Positions 21,802 through 31,563 of a stretch of 64,000 bases of DNA are shown in pieces. A program made the position numbers and the translations under genes. The stretch covers positions 11,936-75,935 of the forward strand of contig JAQTSC010000002.1 of assembly GCA_028711505.1 (NCBI GenBank), in the 5' to 3' direction. The notes under the pieces are model-generated. The model saw only the letters and a program-made list of their open reading frames with translations. It ran no database searches and was not told the DNA's origin. This DNA is from Minisyncoccota bacterium (lineage in GTDB: Bacteria > Patescibacteriota > Minisyncoccia > JAHISW01 > Tagabacteraceae). The first letter of the stretch is position 1. Each line of letters opens with the position of its first letter.

Positions 21802-23511
21802 TCATATTATTTCCCTCAACTGTTCAAGCCCTATGGTGCCGTCTAAAACCTTTAAAATTCCGTCTTGCCTCATTGTTATCATCCCCTGGCTGAATGCTTC
21901 TTTCATTATAGCCGATTCTCCCGGATTTGTTAAAATTATTTTTTCAAGTTCTGGCGTCATCGACATAACTTCAAAAATTCCGATCCTCCCCCTGGTGCCT
22001 CTTGGACACTGCGCGGAAGGCAAGGCTTGATAAATAGTATCGGGGATTTCGACCTTTTCCCTTACTCCGGCAGGCATTTGCTTTATCTCTTCTTCAAGCA
22101 TAGCCCTTACTGTGCCGGAAACTTTTACTCCTTTTTTTGATTCGGGACAAAGAGTCCCGACAAGACGCTGAGAAATTGCCGAAATCAAAGTTGCCGGAAT
22201 AAGAAACGGGTCAACTCCCATATCTATAAGACGCGGAATAACGCCGGTGGCGGTATTCGTGTGAAGCGTTGAGAAAACAAGGTGACCGGTCAAAGCAGAC
22301 TGCACCGCCAGCCGCGCTGTTTCTTTGTCTCGTATCTCGCCAACCATGATTACATCCGGGTCTTGCCTTAAAATTGACCTTAACCCGCTCGCGAAATCAT
22401 AACCGATCTCCGGCCTTACCTGCGATTGGCTCATTCCTTCCAAATTATATTCAATAGGATCTTCCAAGCTCACAGCGTTGCTTTTTTCCTTATCCAAAAG
22501 ATTGAGCATCGCGTAGAGAGTGGTAGTTTTTCCGGAACCGGTGGGACCGGTTATCAAGATCATTCCATAGGGCTTTTCAAGCCCTTCTTTTACCATTTTT
22601 AAATTTCTTCCCAAAAGACCGACTTCTTCCAATTTTTTGAGCCCCTTAGTGGCGTCCAAAATTCTTATCACTATTTTTTCTCCGTAAAAAGTCGGAAAAG
22701 TGGAAACGCGAAAATCAATCCTTTTACCGCCGACGCCCGCCTCAAAACGACCGTCCTGCGGTTTTCTTTTTTCGTCCAATTTCATGTTAGTAAGAATTTT
22801 TATTCTCGCGACAACCGCCTCGTGCACTTTTTTCGGCAAAGTAAGACTGGTGTACAAAACGCCGTCAACCCTGAACCTGACTTTCAGCCGGTCGTAAAGC
22901 GGTTCTATGTGTATATCCGAAGCTCTTCCTTCTATGGCATGCCTTATGATAACGGCAACCATTTTTGTAATCGGCGCCTCTTCGGTGGAAGTGGCCATTT
23001 CTTCCGCCTGTTTTATGTCTTCCGGCAAAGTCTTCTGCGCGATAACCGATTCCAATTCATCAAGAATTTTTACTGTTTCGCCGCCAAGACTTTGATAGCT
23101 ATTCAGGGCGTTTTTCAAATCAGTCGAAGAAATCAGAAACAGCTTGAACGGCATATTCAATTTCGAAGATAAAAACTGAAGAGCTTCTCGGGCCTCCATA
23201 TCGTCCGGATTTACAATCCCCACTTCCATAACTCCCTCTTCAACGCCAAGCGGCGCGAATTTGTAAAAACGAACGGATTCTTCGGGGATATTTTTTATTA
23301 TTTCAAAAGGTAAAGTCAAAGAACCCTCCACTTTTTTTATCGGCAACCCGAAAACTTCGCTTTTTGCCTTAGTTATTTCATCTGCGGAGATATTTCGCTT
23401 AACAAGAATTTCTTCAAGGTCAGCCCCTGTTTCGTCGGCCTCTTTTTTGCTCTTAAAAAGAAGGTCATTGGAAATAATATTATTTTTTACTAAAACTTCT
23501 CCAAAAGTCAT
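21802..23511 (-). CDS. pilB: pilus assembly ATPase (GspE/PilB)
   Basis: ASDIHIEP; GPTGSGKTTT; LRQDPDVIMVGEIRD. Confidence 0.96.
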   Translation of the reverse strand: MTFGEVLVKNNIISNDLLFKSKKEADETGADLEEILVKRNISADEITKAKSEVFGLPIKKVEGSLTLPFEIIKNIPEESVRFYKFAPLGVEEGVMEVGIVNPDDMEAREALQFLSSKLNMPFKLFLISSTDLKNALNSYQSLGGETVKILDELESVIAQKTLPEDIKQAEEMATSTEEAPITKMVAVIIRHAIEGRASDIHIEPLYDRLKVRFRVDGVLYTSLTLPKKVHEAVVARIKILTNMKLDEKRKPQDGRFEAGVGGKRIDFRVSTFPTFYGEKIVIRILDATKGLKKLEEVGLLGRNLKMVKEGLEKPYGMILITGPTGSGKTTTLYAMLNLLDKEKSNAVSLEDPIEYNLEGMSQSQVRPEIGYDFASGLRSILRQDPDVIMVGEIRDKETARLAVQSALTGHLVFSTLHTNTATGVIPRLIDMGVDPFLIPATLISAISQRLVGTLCPESKKGVKVSGTVRAMLEEEIKQMPAGVREKVEIPDTIYQALPSAQCPRGTRGRIGIFEVMSMTPELEKIILTNPGESAIMKEAFSQGMITMRQDGILKVLDGTIGLEQLREII

Positions 23512-23571
23512 AAAATAAAAAATTCAAAATTACTGTCTTGCAGTTTGTAATAGGCGAATCGCGGAAATTTA

Positions 23572-23913
23572 TTATATCCCATTCGCGGGAGCGAAAGGAT
23601 TTTCTCTTCCTATTTTGTCAGGGTAAGGAATGACAGGCGTAAGATCTTTAAGCGCTTTAAAATCAGACCGGCCAAAAAATCCAGTATCAATCTCTATGTT
23701 TCTTATGCGCGTTACTATCTCGACAAAATCCTTGCCTACTATACTTTCGTCAGCAAGAATGGCCGGAGAACCAAGATTTATTGAATCGATTGAAGGCAAA
23801 GCCACGGAGCCCGAAGAACTGCCGCCTTTGAAAAAATTCGCATAAATATAGTAGCTAGCCACAGCCAAAATCGCCAAAGACAGAATAAAAATTAAATTGC
23901 GTTTATTAAACAT
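23572..23913 (-). CDS. membrane-anchored pilus-operon protein
   Basis: N-terminal TM helix; GRENPF C-terminus; position after pilO. Confidence 0.7.
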   Translation of the reverse strand: MFNKRNLIFILSLAILAVASYYIYANFFKGGSSSGSVALPSIDSINLGSPAILADESIVGKDFVEIVTRIRNIEIDTGFFGRSDFKALKDLTPVIPYPDKIGRENPFAPANGI

Positions 23914-23924
23914 TTTATCGGTTT

Positions 23925-24479
23925 TTATTTTTTGAAATAAGCGTTGGCGGTCATGGAAAATTTATGCACGTTGGTTTCGCCACTCTCGGAAGAAAATTCT
24001 ATTCCCGTAATATCCATGAAACGCAGACTGCGCTGTATCTCGTCAAAAAAAGATTTAGCCGCCGGATAAGAAGCCGAAAAAAACATATTTACCTGTAGCA
24101 CAGAGCGGCTTTCGCCGCCATTTTCTCCGGGCAAATTGCTAGCGGCCTGAGGTTTTGATTCGGCCTGGGTCTGAAGCTGTTCTATAATCACTCCCGACGC
24201 CGACGCGATATTTGAAAGTTCCACCATAAGTCTTAAGCTATCGGCGTTTTCAGGCACCATCTTGGAAAGACGCTCCAAATTTTTCGGGTCTATGGAATTA
24301 TATTTATCCAAAAGTTCATCTCTTATTTTTTTTGTTTCGCGCGATTCGCTAAGCGCCGAATCAAGCGCAGCCTTGTGCGTTTTTAAAGTTTTTATTTGGT
24401 CTAATGCCGGTTTCGTCCAAGAAAGGAAGACTCCGACGGCGGCCAACAGCATTATTATTATTGTAATTCCTCTGCCCAT
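23925..24479 (-). CDS. pilO: PilO-like protein
   Basis: TM helix, coiled coil, then SY...FF..I...LR domain; synteny. Confidence 0.75.
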   Translation of the reverse strand: MGRGITIIIMLLAAVGVFLSWTKPALDQIKTLKTHKAALDSALSESRETKKIRDELLDKYNSIDPKNLERLSKMVPENADSLRLMVELSNIASASGVIIEQLQTQAESKPQAASNLPGENGGESRSVLQVNMFFSASYPAAKSFFDEIQRSLRFMDITGIEFSSESGETNVHKFSMTANAYFKK

Positions 24480-24501
24480 GTGTTTAAGATTTAGATCATT
24501 A

Positions 24502-25119
24502 TCATTTATTTATCTCTTCGCTTATTACCAAACTCAAGGAAAAAGACACTTCACCTTTTTCCGTCAAATTAAAATTTGAAAAAGAAAAATCTTCTATGTT
24601 TTTATTTTTATTGAAAACATCCGATTGCTGAGCCAAAGCCTCATAATTTTTAGCCTTCCCCGAAAGCTGCACTTTTATGCTATTTTGCTCTCCTTCGCTT
24701 GAAACGACTTTTGTTTTTCCTTTTTCATTTCCTACCGCTTTGCCGTAAGAATAAGAAAAGTTTGAAAAATACACATCCTTGACCGTCGTCTCTTCAACCA
24801 GCTTAAAAACCCTCGTCGGATAAAGATGATTCCCCAAAAGAGCGCCTGCGTCGGGTATTGAAAAAGAAAGATTCTCCATCTGCGCTATAAGAGACAATTC
24901 AAACGCAGCCTTTGCCCTTTCCAAAGAAGCGGAAAGATCGGTTATCTGCTGGCTTATCATTCGCTTATATAAAAGAGATCCGCCGAAAGCCAAAAGAGAA
25001 ATAGTCAAAAGAAAAACCGAGATTTTCATTAAAAAACCGGAGCTAACCTTGCGGTAATAATCTTTCCCCGTTGAAAAGGAACTTTTTGGCATGAAAGATA
25101 TTTTTCCGGAAGTTTCCAT
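24502..25119 (-). CDS. pilN: PilN-like protein
   Basis: single TM helix and coiled coil; LSGKA; lies between pilM and pilO. Confidence 0.7.
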   Translation of the reverse strand: METSGKISFMPKSSFSTGKDYYRKVSSGFLMKISVFLLTISLLAFGGSLLYKRMISQQITDLSASLERAKAAFELSLIAQMENLSFSIPDAGALLGNHLYPTRVFKLVEETTVKDVYFSNFSYSYGKAVGNEKGKTKVVSSEGEQNSIKVQLSGKAKNYEALAQQSDVFNKNKNIEDFSFSNFNLTEKGEVSFSLSLVISEEINK

Positions 25120-25127
25120 AAAAATTT

Positions 25128-26264
25128 TTACAAATCCCTCATCGCGAGACCTGTTGCCACCGCGAACACAGGGCTAATTTGTTTTATGCTTTCCTGAAGG
25201 AAAAGCGGGTATTCTGTTTTTGAAAAAGGGTCGGCAAGCGAAACTTCAACTCCCAAGTTTTTCACCGCCATATCGGTTATTCCCTTTAGAAGCGCGCCGC
25301 CGCCGATTAAAACAATTTTACTCACTGAATTCCCGTATTTTCTTCCGTAAGCAAGCGACATCTGTTTTGATTCGGCAAAAATAAAACTTAAAACAGTTTC
25401 CATTACATTCACGAATTCGCGATACTCCGGCCTCGGCGAAAGACCTATCTCCTGTTTCATCTCCTCCGCCCTTTCAAAACTTATTTTTAATGAATTGGCG
25501 ATGGCGGTTGTTATCGCCTGTCCTCCTTTGTCGACGGCATGTGTCATTCGCAACGCTCCCTTATCTATAACGCTTATCTTTGTAGACGAAGCGCCCAAAT
25601 CAATCAGCATAAACGGAGCTGTCTGTCTGAATATGGAAGAACGCCACTCGCTAAAAACTTCTATCTCAAACGCTTTAACTTTCATTCCGGCTTTTGAAAT
25701 TATATGCTGATATTTCATAATCACTTCCCTTTGAATCGCCGCAAGAAGCACTTCAACCATCTGTTTTTTTTCTGTTTTTCCTCCGGAAGAAAGAAGTTGT
25801 TGTTCTTCCTCTCCTGTTTCATCCGAACCCGCGTCAAGAACCCACCAATCAAGGTCAACTTCGTTCAAGGGGACCGGAATATATTTTCTGGCTTCAAAAC
25901 CTATCATCTCATTCATATTCTTTCCTCCTTCCACCAAAGGAATTTTTATCGTAGTCAAAAAACTGCTTTTCACCGGAATAGAAACAATCGCGTCTTTAGC
26001 GCCCGCTCCCGATTCTTTGGCCAAATCCATTATCATGGAAACCGCCGCTTCCTCTGAAAGTTGAGCGTTCTGCCCTATTGGACGATTCGCGTACGGCCCG
26101 GTGGCAAGTTCTCCGTATGTTTCAAGGATCGCTTTTTCTTTTTCTTTTTTTAGCTGAACTATTTTCACCGATGAACTGCCGATATCAATACCAATAACTC
26201 TTTGGTCTTTCTGCCAAAATTTTAAATCAGGGGAAAGTGTCTTACCGAATAATGTAAAAGCCAT
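25128..26264 (-). CDS. pilM: type IV pilus assembly protein PilM
   Basis: IGIDIGSSSVK; IDLGASST; LIGGGA; ATGLAMR. Confidence 0.93.
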   Translation of the reverse strand: MAFTLFGKTLSPDLKFWQKDQRVIGIDIGSSSVKIVQLKKEKEKAILETYGELATGPYANRPIGQNAQLSEEAAVSMIMDLAKESGAGAKDAIVSIPVKSSFLTTIKIPLVEGGKNMNEMIGFEARKYIPVPLNEVDLDWWVLDAGSDETGEEEQQLLSSGGKTEKKQMVEVLLAAIQREVIMKYQHIISKAGMKVKAFEIEVFSEWRSSIFRQTAPFMLIDLGASSTKISVIDKGALRMTHAVDKGGQAITTAIANSLKISFERAEEMKQEIGLSPRPEYREFVNVMETVLSFIFAESKQMSLAYGRKYGNSVSKIVLIGGGALLKGITDMAVKNLGVEVSLADPFSKTEYPLFLQESIKQISPVFAVATGLAMRDL

Positions 26265-26313
26265 CGCATCTTTTTGAATTTAAGATTATTATACCATATA
26301 AAGAAAACGAAAT

Positions 26314-26964
26314 ATGGGCATTGTGAAGCAAGTTATCCACACATTTTTGAATATAATTTTCCCTGAAAGATGTTTTGGCTGCGGGACAATCGGTTTCTTG
26401 TTTTGTGAAAAATGCCGGCAAAAAATTAACGGCCCGAAGATATCAAAATTCGGCGAAATTGAAGTATTTAGCGCGGCTTCATATCAAAACGATGGGATAA
26501 AAAATGCCATCAAAAATTTAAAATACAGATATGCCAAAAATACCGCGGAAGCCTTGGCAAATATAATTATTGAAAAAATAATTTCACCGGAAATTTTAGA
26601 AATAGAAGACGATGATATCTTGGTGCCAATTCCCCTTTCCCCAAAAAGAACGAGAGAAAGAGGGTTCAACCAAGCAGAGCTTATCGCAAAAATTCTATCG
26701 GACAAAATATTTATAAAGATGCGCGGCGATATCCTCTATAAAACAAAAGAAACCGAATCGCAAGTGGAAATAAAAAATCGAGATGAACGGCTGAAAAATT
26801 TAGCCGGCGCGTTCGTCGTAAAAGATTTTTCAGCCGTTCATGAAAAAACAATCTTTCTAATTGACGATGTCTGCACAACCGGCGCGACTTTATACGAAGC
26901 CTCAAAGGTTTTAAGGCATGCCGGCGCGAAAAAAATTATCGGAATCACTGTGGCGCGAGGGTAA
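26314..26964 (+). CDS. comF: ComF-family competence protein
   Basis: double CxxC; RGFNQAE; LIDDVCTTGATL. Confidence 0.95.
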   Translation: MGIVKQVIHTFLNIIFPERCFGCGTIGFLFCEKCRQKINGPKISKFGEIEVFSAASYQNDGIKNAIKNLKYRYAKNTAEALANIIIEKIISPEILEIEDDDILVPIPLSPKRTRERGFNQAELIAKILSDKIFIKMRGDILYKTKETESQVEIKNRDERLKNLAGAFVVKDFSAVHEKTIFLIDDVCTTGATLYEASKVLRHAGAKKIIGITVARG

Positions 26965-26989
26965 AAAATGTGTTAGCGTAAAAAAACAT

Positions 26990-27076
26990 GGAGGCGTGGC
27001 TGAGCGGCCGAAAGCAGCACACTGCTAATGTGTTGAGGGGGAAACTCCTCCGCAGGTTCGAATCCTGCCGCCTCCG
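26990..27076 (+). tRNA. tRNA-Ser(GCT)
   Basis: GGAGGCG/CGCCTCC stem; CTGCTAA loop; long variable arm. Confidence 0.95.
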
Positions 27077-27116
27077 TACTTCGACAGGCTCAAATCAGGA
27101 ATCTGAATTATTTGTA

Positions 27117-27731
27117 ATGATTAAAAAAAGACAAAAAGATGTCTGGAATAAGGTTTATAGCAAATATACTCCCGCTGAATTACCGTGGTTCAATCTAAAA
27201 TTTCCGAAAGAAGTAACAAAATGGATTTCCGCGCTGGATAAAAATACTACGATGATAATTCCCGGCTGCGGTTTCGGAGACACGGCTGGCGTTCTTTCCA
27301 AAATGGGTTTTAGAAAAATAATGGGTACGGATATTTCTAAAAAAGCGACAGCCGGAGCAAGAAAGAGATTTCCAAAATTGAAATTTAAAACAGTTGAAAC
27401 CGAAAAACTGAATCAAGAAAGATACGCCAACGCAAATATTTTTGATTGGCTTAATTTTCATCATATCAACAGAAAAAATATTCGTGCTTACTTATTTTCA
27501 TTACAAAAAATATGTAATACTTTGATTCTTGCTTATATTTTTGAACCAGAATTAGGCAAAAAAAGAAATTCTTACATAACAGGTGAAAAAGTCTATAATC
27601 ATAACCCGGCGGATGTTATAAAAATACTGGATAAACTTACTCAAAAGAAAAAACTCACGTTTGAATTTAAGATAAATCCAAAATTTGGGAATAAAAAGCA
27701 TAAAGCCGTAGCTTTTATGTTCATAAAATAG
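27117..27731 (+). CDS. class I SAM-dependent methyltransferase
   Basis: W...Y...LPW; IIPGCGFG; GTDIS; visibly AT-rich. Confidence 0.8.
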   Translation: MIKKRQKDVWNKVYSKYTPAELPWFNLKFPKEVTKWISALDKNTTMIIPGCGFGDTAGVLSKMGFRKIMGTDISKKATAGARKRFPKLKFKTVETEKLNQERYANANIFDWLNFHHINRKNIRAYLFSLQKICNTLILAYIFEPELGKKRNSYITGEKVYNHNPADVIKILDKLTQKKKLTFEFKINPKFGNKKHKAVAFMFIK

Positions 27732-27799
27732 AGGCGCGAAGCCCTGCCCTATTTTTTCGTTTTATTCATTTTTTCCAAAAAATATTCTATAATCTAAAC

Positions 27800-28024
27800 A
27801 TGACGGATTTACCGTTTCTTGCTTCGCAAAGTTATTGGATTTTATTTCTAGTCGCCGCGTGGACCATCCCATGGAAAGGCGTCGCTTTGTGGAAAGCGGC
27901 CCGGTTCGGCCAAAAGTGGTGGTTCATCGCTCTGCTCGTTTTAAACACTCTGGCGATTTTGGAAATAATCTATATCTTTTTCGTAGCAAGGAAGCAAAAC
28001 CAGGAACTTATAAAAACTCTCTGA
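27800..28024 (+). CDS. small two-TM protein (DUF5652-like)
   Basis: WKGVALWKAA...WF...NTLAILEIIY. Confidence 0.8.
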   Translation: MTDLPFLASQSYWILFLVAAWTIPWKGVALWKAARFGQKWWFIALLVLNTLAILEIIYIFFVARKQNQELIKTL

Positions 28025-28127
28025 TATTGCCCTAGTCAAGATTTTGATTTAGGATTGTTCTCGAATGTAATTCGGGCTTTTGCAGATATTTATAAAAACA
28101 CGTTAAATTTGAATTGGTGAGCTTGGC

Positions 28128-28217
28128 GGAGGCGTGGCTGAGCGGTTGAAGGCGGCGGTCTTGAAAACCGTTATGCCGGCAACGGCATCAGAGGTTCGAA
28201 TCCTCTCGCCTCCGCCA
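28128..28217 (+). tRNA. tRNA-Ser(TGA), CCA encoded
   Basis: CTTGAAA loop; long variable arm; GCCA end. Confidence 0.95.
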
Positions 28218-28244
28218 AGCTTGTGAATTTCTCTCAAATAGCCA

Positions 28245-28862
28245 ATGTTTGAATTCCTCATAAATTTTTTCGTCAAAATAGTTGAAACTGGAGGCTACCC
28301 CGGAATAGTCTTTTTGATGGCGCTTGAAAGCACGGCAATGCCCTTGCCTAGTGAAGCCATAATGCCTTTTGCCGGATTTCTGTGGTTTCTGGGAAAAATG
28401 TCTTTCGGCTGGATAATTTTTTTCAGCACAATCGGCAGTATCATCGGTTCTCTTCTCTCTTACTTTATAGGCTTTTATGCCGGAGAACCGTTTATTAAAA
28501 AATTCGGAAAATATTTTTTAATAAACGAAGAGCACCTTGAAGCAACCGAAAAATTTTTCAAAAAATTCGGCAGTAAAACGATTTTATTCAGCCGCTTTAT
28601 TCCTGTAATAAGGCACCTGATTTCCCTGCCCGCGGGAATCGGCAAAATGAATCTGCTGAAATTTTCCTCTTATACGATTTTGGGGGCTGGAATATGGAAC
28701 GCGTTTCTTACTTATCTCGGCTACTATCTAGGAGAAAACTGGGCTGAAATAAGAAAATTCAGCGAAATTATCGATATTGCCATTATAATTTTAATACTAG
28801 GAACAGCGGTTTTTCTAATAATGAGAAGGGTAAAAGCGCGGGCTAAAATCAATACTTTATAA
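28245..28862 (+). CDS. DedA-family membrane protein
   Basis: ALES..PLPSE; RFIPVIR..ISLPAG. Confidence 0.93.
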   Translation: MFEFLINFFVKIVETGGYPGIVFLMALESTAMPLPSEAIMPFAGFLWFLGKMSFGWIIFFSTIGSIIGSLLSYFIGFYAGEPFIKKFGKYFLINEEHLEATEKFFKKFGSKTILFSRFIPVIRHLISLPAGIGKMNLLKFSSYTILGAGIWNAFLTYLGYYLGENWAEIRKFSEIIDIAIIILILGTAVFLIMRRVKARAKINTL

Positions 28863-28998
28863 AAGGGGTTGACTTTTGCCCCAGACCTGCTATTGTAGAA
28901 TTGTACTTATTCCACTCTCTTCCTTGCGCGAATAGTTATACGAGGCAGGAAAGAAGTCTAGGAAAAGTGGTCGTATTATATTCGTGTTAAGGAAATTT

Positions 28999-29322
28999 AT
29001 GGCAAAAAAACTATACGTAGGAAGCTTGTCGTACGGAACAACGGATGACACCCTGAGAGACGGATTCTCCCAGGCTGGAAACGTTGAATCGGCTGTTGTC
29101 ATCACTGATAAAATGACGGGCCGCTCAAAAGGTTTCGGATTCGTGGAAATGTCCACAGACGAAGAAGCCCAAAAAGCCATCGAACTTTTCAATGGAAAAG
29201 AATTTGATGGACGTACGATAAACGTCAGCGAAGCCAGACCAATGGAAGCTCGCCCACCGAGAAGAGATTTTGGTGGAAGCAGAGGCCGTGGCGGATTCGG
29301 CTCAAGAAACAATTCTTTCTAA
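28999..29322 (+). CDS. RRM RNA-binding protein
   Basis: KLYVGSL (RNP2); SKGFGFVEM (RNP1); Gly/Arg-rich tail. Confidence 0.95.
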   Translation: MAKKLYVGSLSYGTTDDTLRDGFSQAGNVESAVVITDKMTGRSKGFGFVEMSTDEEAQKAIELFNGKEFDGRTINVSEARPMEARPPRRDFGGSRGRGGFGSRNNSF

Positions 29323-29340
29323 ATTTTTGGAAAGATAGTT

Positions 29341-29380
29341 AAAACAAAAACAACCTCTGCTCAGAGGTTGTTTTTGTTTT
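29341..29380. terminator. bidirectional terminator
   Basis: AAAACAAAAACAACCTCTG-CT-CAGAGGTTGTTTTTGTTTT. Confidence 0.8.
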
Positions 29381-29398
29381 AACGTTTTTCGAAACAAA

Positions 29399-29809
29399 TC
29401 ACCAATTCAATTCAAGCGCGCGGTCAGCGTTGCCATACCGGCCTGTGGAAATTATAGATCCTTCACCGTCATATTCCGCGCTGCAAGTCGCGCCATTATC
29501 AAGACTGCAGGAAATAGTGGCCGTCAGCCCGTCGTCGCACCCGATGGTTGTTTCCTGGTTTACCTGATAAAAACATTCTTCGGCGCCGGCATCGGCCGCG
29601 TAAAAAGCCACGACAGACTGTCCTGATTGTATCGTCATTTTTATCTGCTGGAACATCAAAACAGACACGCCAAGCCCGATACTCAAAAGCATGCTTAACA
29701 TAAGAAGAGAAAGAAGAATAGAAATAGCTCCTTCTTCTCCGCCTTTCCTGTTTAATTTAAAATTCAATGCCAACCTCCGAAAAAAAGTTTTTTTAACCAT
29801 ATCTGTCAT
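29399..29809 (-). CDS. PilX-like minor pilin
   Basis: G-AISILL without Glu5; AFYAADAGAE. Confidence 0.8.
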   Translation of the reverse strand: MTDMVKKTFFRRLALNFKLNRKGGEEGAISILLSLLMLSMLLSIGLGVSVLMFQQIKMTIQSGQSVVAFYAADAGAEECFYQVNQETTIGCDDGLTATISCSLDNGATCSAEYDGEGSIISTGRYGNADRALELNW

Positions 29810-29813
29810 GTTT

Positions 29814-30332
29814 TTATCTTAAAGCCACGGAACTTTGAAGATTAATAACATCCGATCCGCCGCTGCTTCTAACACCGGGTTCAAGTTTAAGAATTATAGT
29901 GACAAACGTCCTGTCTGGAGACGTATAGTCTCTTACATAAAAAGCTCCCGAGACTTTCACTGCGCCTTCCGGGGTCACATCAAAAACAGGGACAGTAGAC
30001 GGCGGTTTATAAAAATAAAGCCCGACATCTCCAAATTTATAGACCAAATTTTCTCCGGCTGAATTCGTAATGTCCAAAGTAGACCCGTCTTCCGAAACAG
30101 AGTTTACGACGCTTGTCCTCAATTCCCTTGTTAAAAATTCCAGAGTATAACGTCCGGTTTCATAAAGGTTTTGGACTAAAAATACTTTGCGCTGAGTTTT
30201 GACCACGGAAATTGAAACAGCCGTGATACTCAAAACAAAAGCGCTGAAAATCGCCAAAGAAACGAGGGTTTCTATAATCGTAAATCCCGCCAAAAATTCA
30301 ATATCCTTCTTTTTTAATGTTTTAAGCTTCAT
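29814..30332 (-). CDS. PilW-like minor pilin
   Basis: G-FTIIETLVSLAIF; LTRELR. Confidence 0.8.
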   Translation of the reverse strand: MKLKTLKKKDIEFLAGFTIIETLVSLAIFSAFVLSITAVSISVVKTQRKVFLVQNLYETGRYTLEFLTRELRTSVVNSVSEDGSTLDITNSAGENLVYKFGDVGLYFYKPPSTVPVFDVTPEGAVKVSGAFYVRDYTSPDRTFVTIILKLEPGVRSSGGSDVINLQSSVALR

Positions 30333-30350
30333 GCTTCAGTTTTAAAATTT

Positions 30351-30875
30351 TTATCTCCATCTCCACAAGCGGTCTTCCACGTTTAAAGTGTGCCACCCTG
30401 TCCGAGCCTGCCATCTTATTTCTGAGACAACCTTTATTTCATCGTTGCTTACCCGGGATAAAATTACCCTTCTGTAAAAAGGCGTGTCCTCTCCCTCCTC
30501 GTATTGATAAAGTCCGAAAGAATTTATTTTCAATGGCGCTTCCGGGTCCGCGCAAGAAGCGTCAATTAGCAAAATACTGTCATGAACAGGGCAATAAATT
30601 TGAGAGCTTCCTATCGGATGCGAATAAGGAGTGGTAGTACTGTACCATTCCCAGCTTCTCCAATCGCCGTTTGATTTTCTTATATCCCTTATTATTTCAA
30701 CCCCCTCCTGCGCCAATCCTGAAGCGATAAGCCGCGACTTGCTGTTTTCAACGGCTTTTAGCGAATAATTAGTCATGTTGAAAACTCCGAATATTCCGAC
30801 AATGGCGATGGACGTCGCCACAATAACTCCAACAAAACTCAATCCTTGATTTTTCGGATGACCGGAATTATTCAT
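30351..30875 (-). CDS. PilV-like minor pilin
   Basis: G-LSFVGV hydrophobic N-terminus; LAQEGVEIIR. Confidence 0.75.
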   Translation of the reverse strand: MNNSGHPKNQGLSFVGVIVATSIAIVGIFGVFNMTNYSLKAVENSKSRLIASGLAQEGVEIIRDIRKSNGDWRSWEWYSTTTPYSHPIGSSQIYCPVHDSILLIDASCADPEAPLKINSFGLYQYEEGEDTPFYRRVILSRVSNDEIKVVSEIRWQARTGWHTLNVEDRLWRWR

Positions 30876-30885
30876 AAATTTTATT

Positions 30886-31464
30886 TTATTCCGCCAGAGG
30901 AGTAAGAATATCGACTCCTCCTCCGCTCTTTGCCAATACTATATTATAAGTTATATCCGAACCGCTTCCCGCCCACAGTGTTATGGAGAAACTGGAACCA
31001 AAGGGGTCTTCCGAATTGCCGTCAAAAAAAGTAGTCGGACGCGGCGGCTTAAAAAAAATATCAAAAGAAGAGGGCGGGTACTGATAAGAAATCCCCGAAG
31101 GCAAATAAACAGTTTCTAAAATATAATCCCCCGCGTCATATATGTTATTGCTGGTCGCGCATTCGGGAGACACGTCGGCATAAACAGAATAATAATCTCC
31201 CGACGAAGGAAAGATTATTCCGTATCCGCAATATTGTTCTTTTACGTCAATCCCGCTTATGGCCAAATTTTGAGCCCTTCTTATATCCGAAGCCAAACGC
31301 TGCGCAGCTTGGCTTAAATTGTATTTTTTTTCTCCTTCTTTATAATTAGCCGCGATGATTGCCGTTATTATAGTTATGACAGAAACCACGACCATAAGCT
31401 CAATAAGAGTAAACCCGATCCTCAGAAATCCGGCTTTTTTGTTTTTTGGCAACAGACTCATCAT
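30886..31464 (-). CDS. FimT/FimU-like minor pilin
   Basis: G-FTLIELMVV; LASDIRRAQNLA. Confidence 0.82.
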   Translation of the reverse strand: MMSLLPKNKKAGFLRIGFTLIELMVVVSVITIITAIIAANYKEGEKKYNLSQAAQRLASDIRRAQNLAISGIDVKEQYCGYGIIFPSSGDYYSVYADVSPECATSNNIYDAGDYILETVYLPSGISYQYPPSSFDIFFKPPRPTTFFDGNSEDPFGSSFSITLWAGSGSDITYNIVLAKSGGGVDILTPLAE

Positions 31465-31563
31465 TGATTTAATTATACATCATCATAACAAAGTGCAAAA
31501 AACATTCCGGCCGCCGATAAGCGCAGCCGGAATGAAAGAATATCAAGCGTCGGTTGAATTGAT

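Noticed and set aside
26988-27116. N-terminal extension of the 247-aa ORF
   Set aside because: It reads through tRNA-Ser(GCT); the start at 27117 is more plausible
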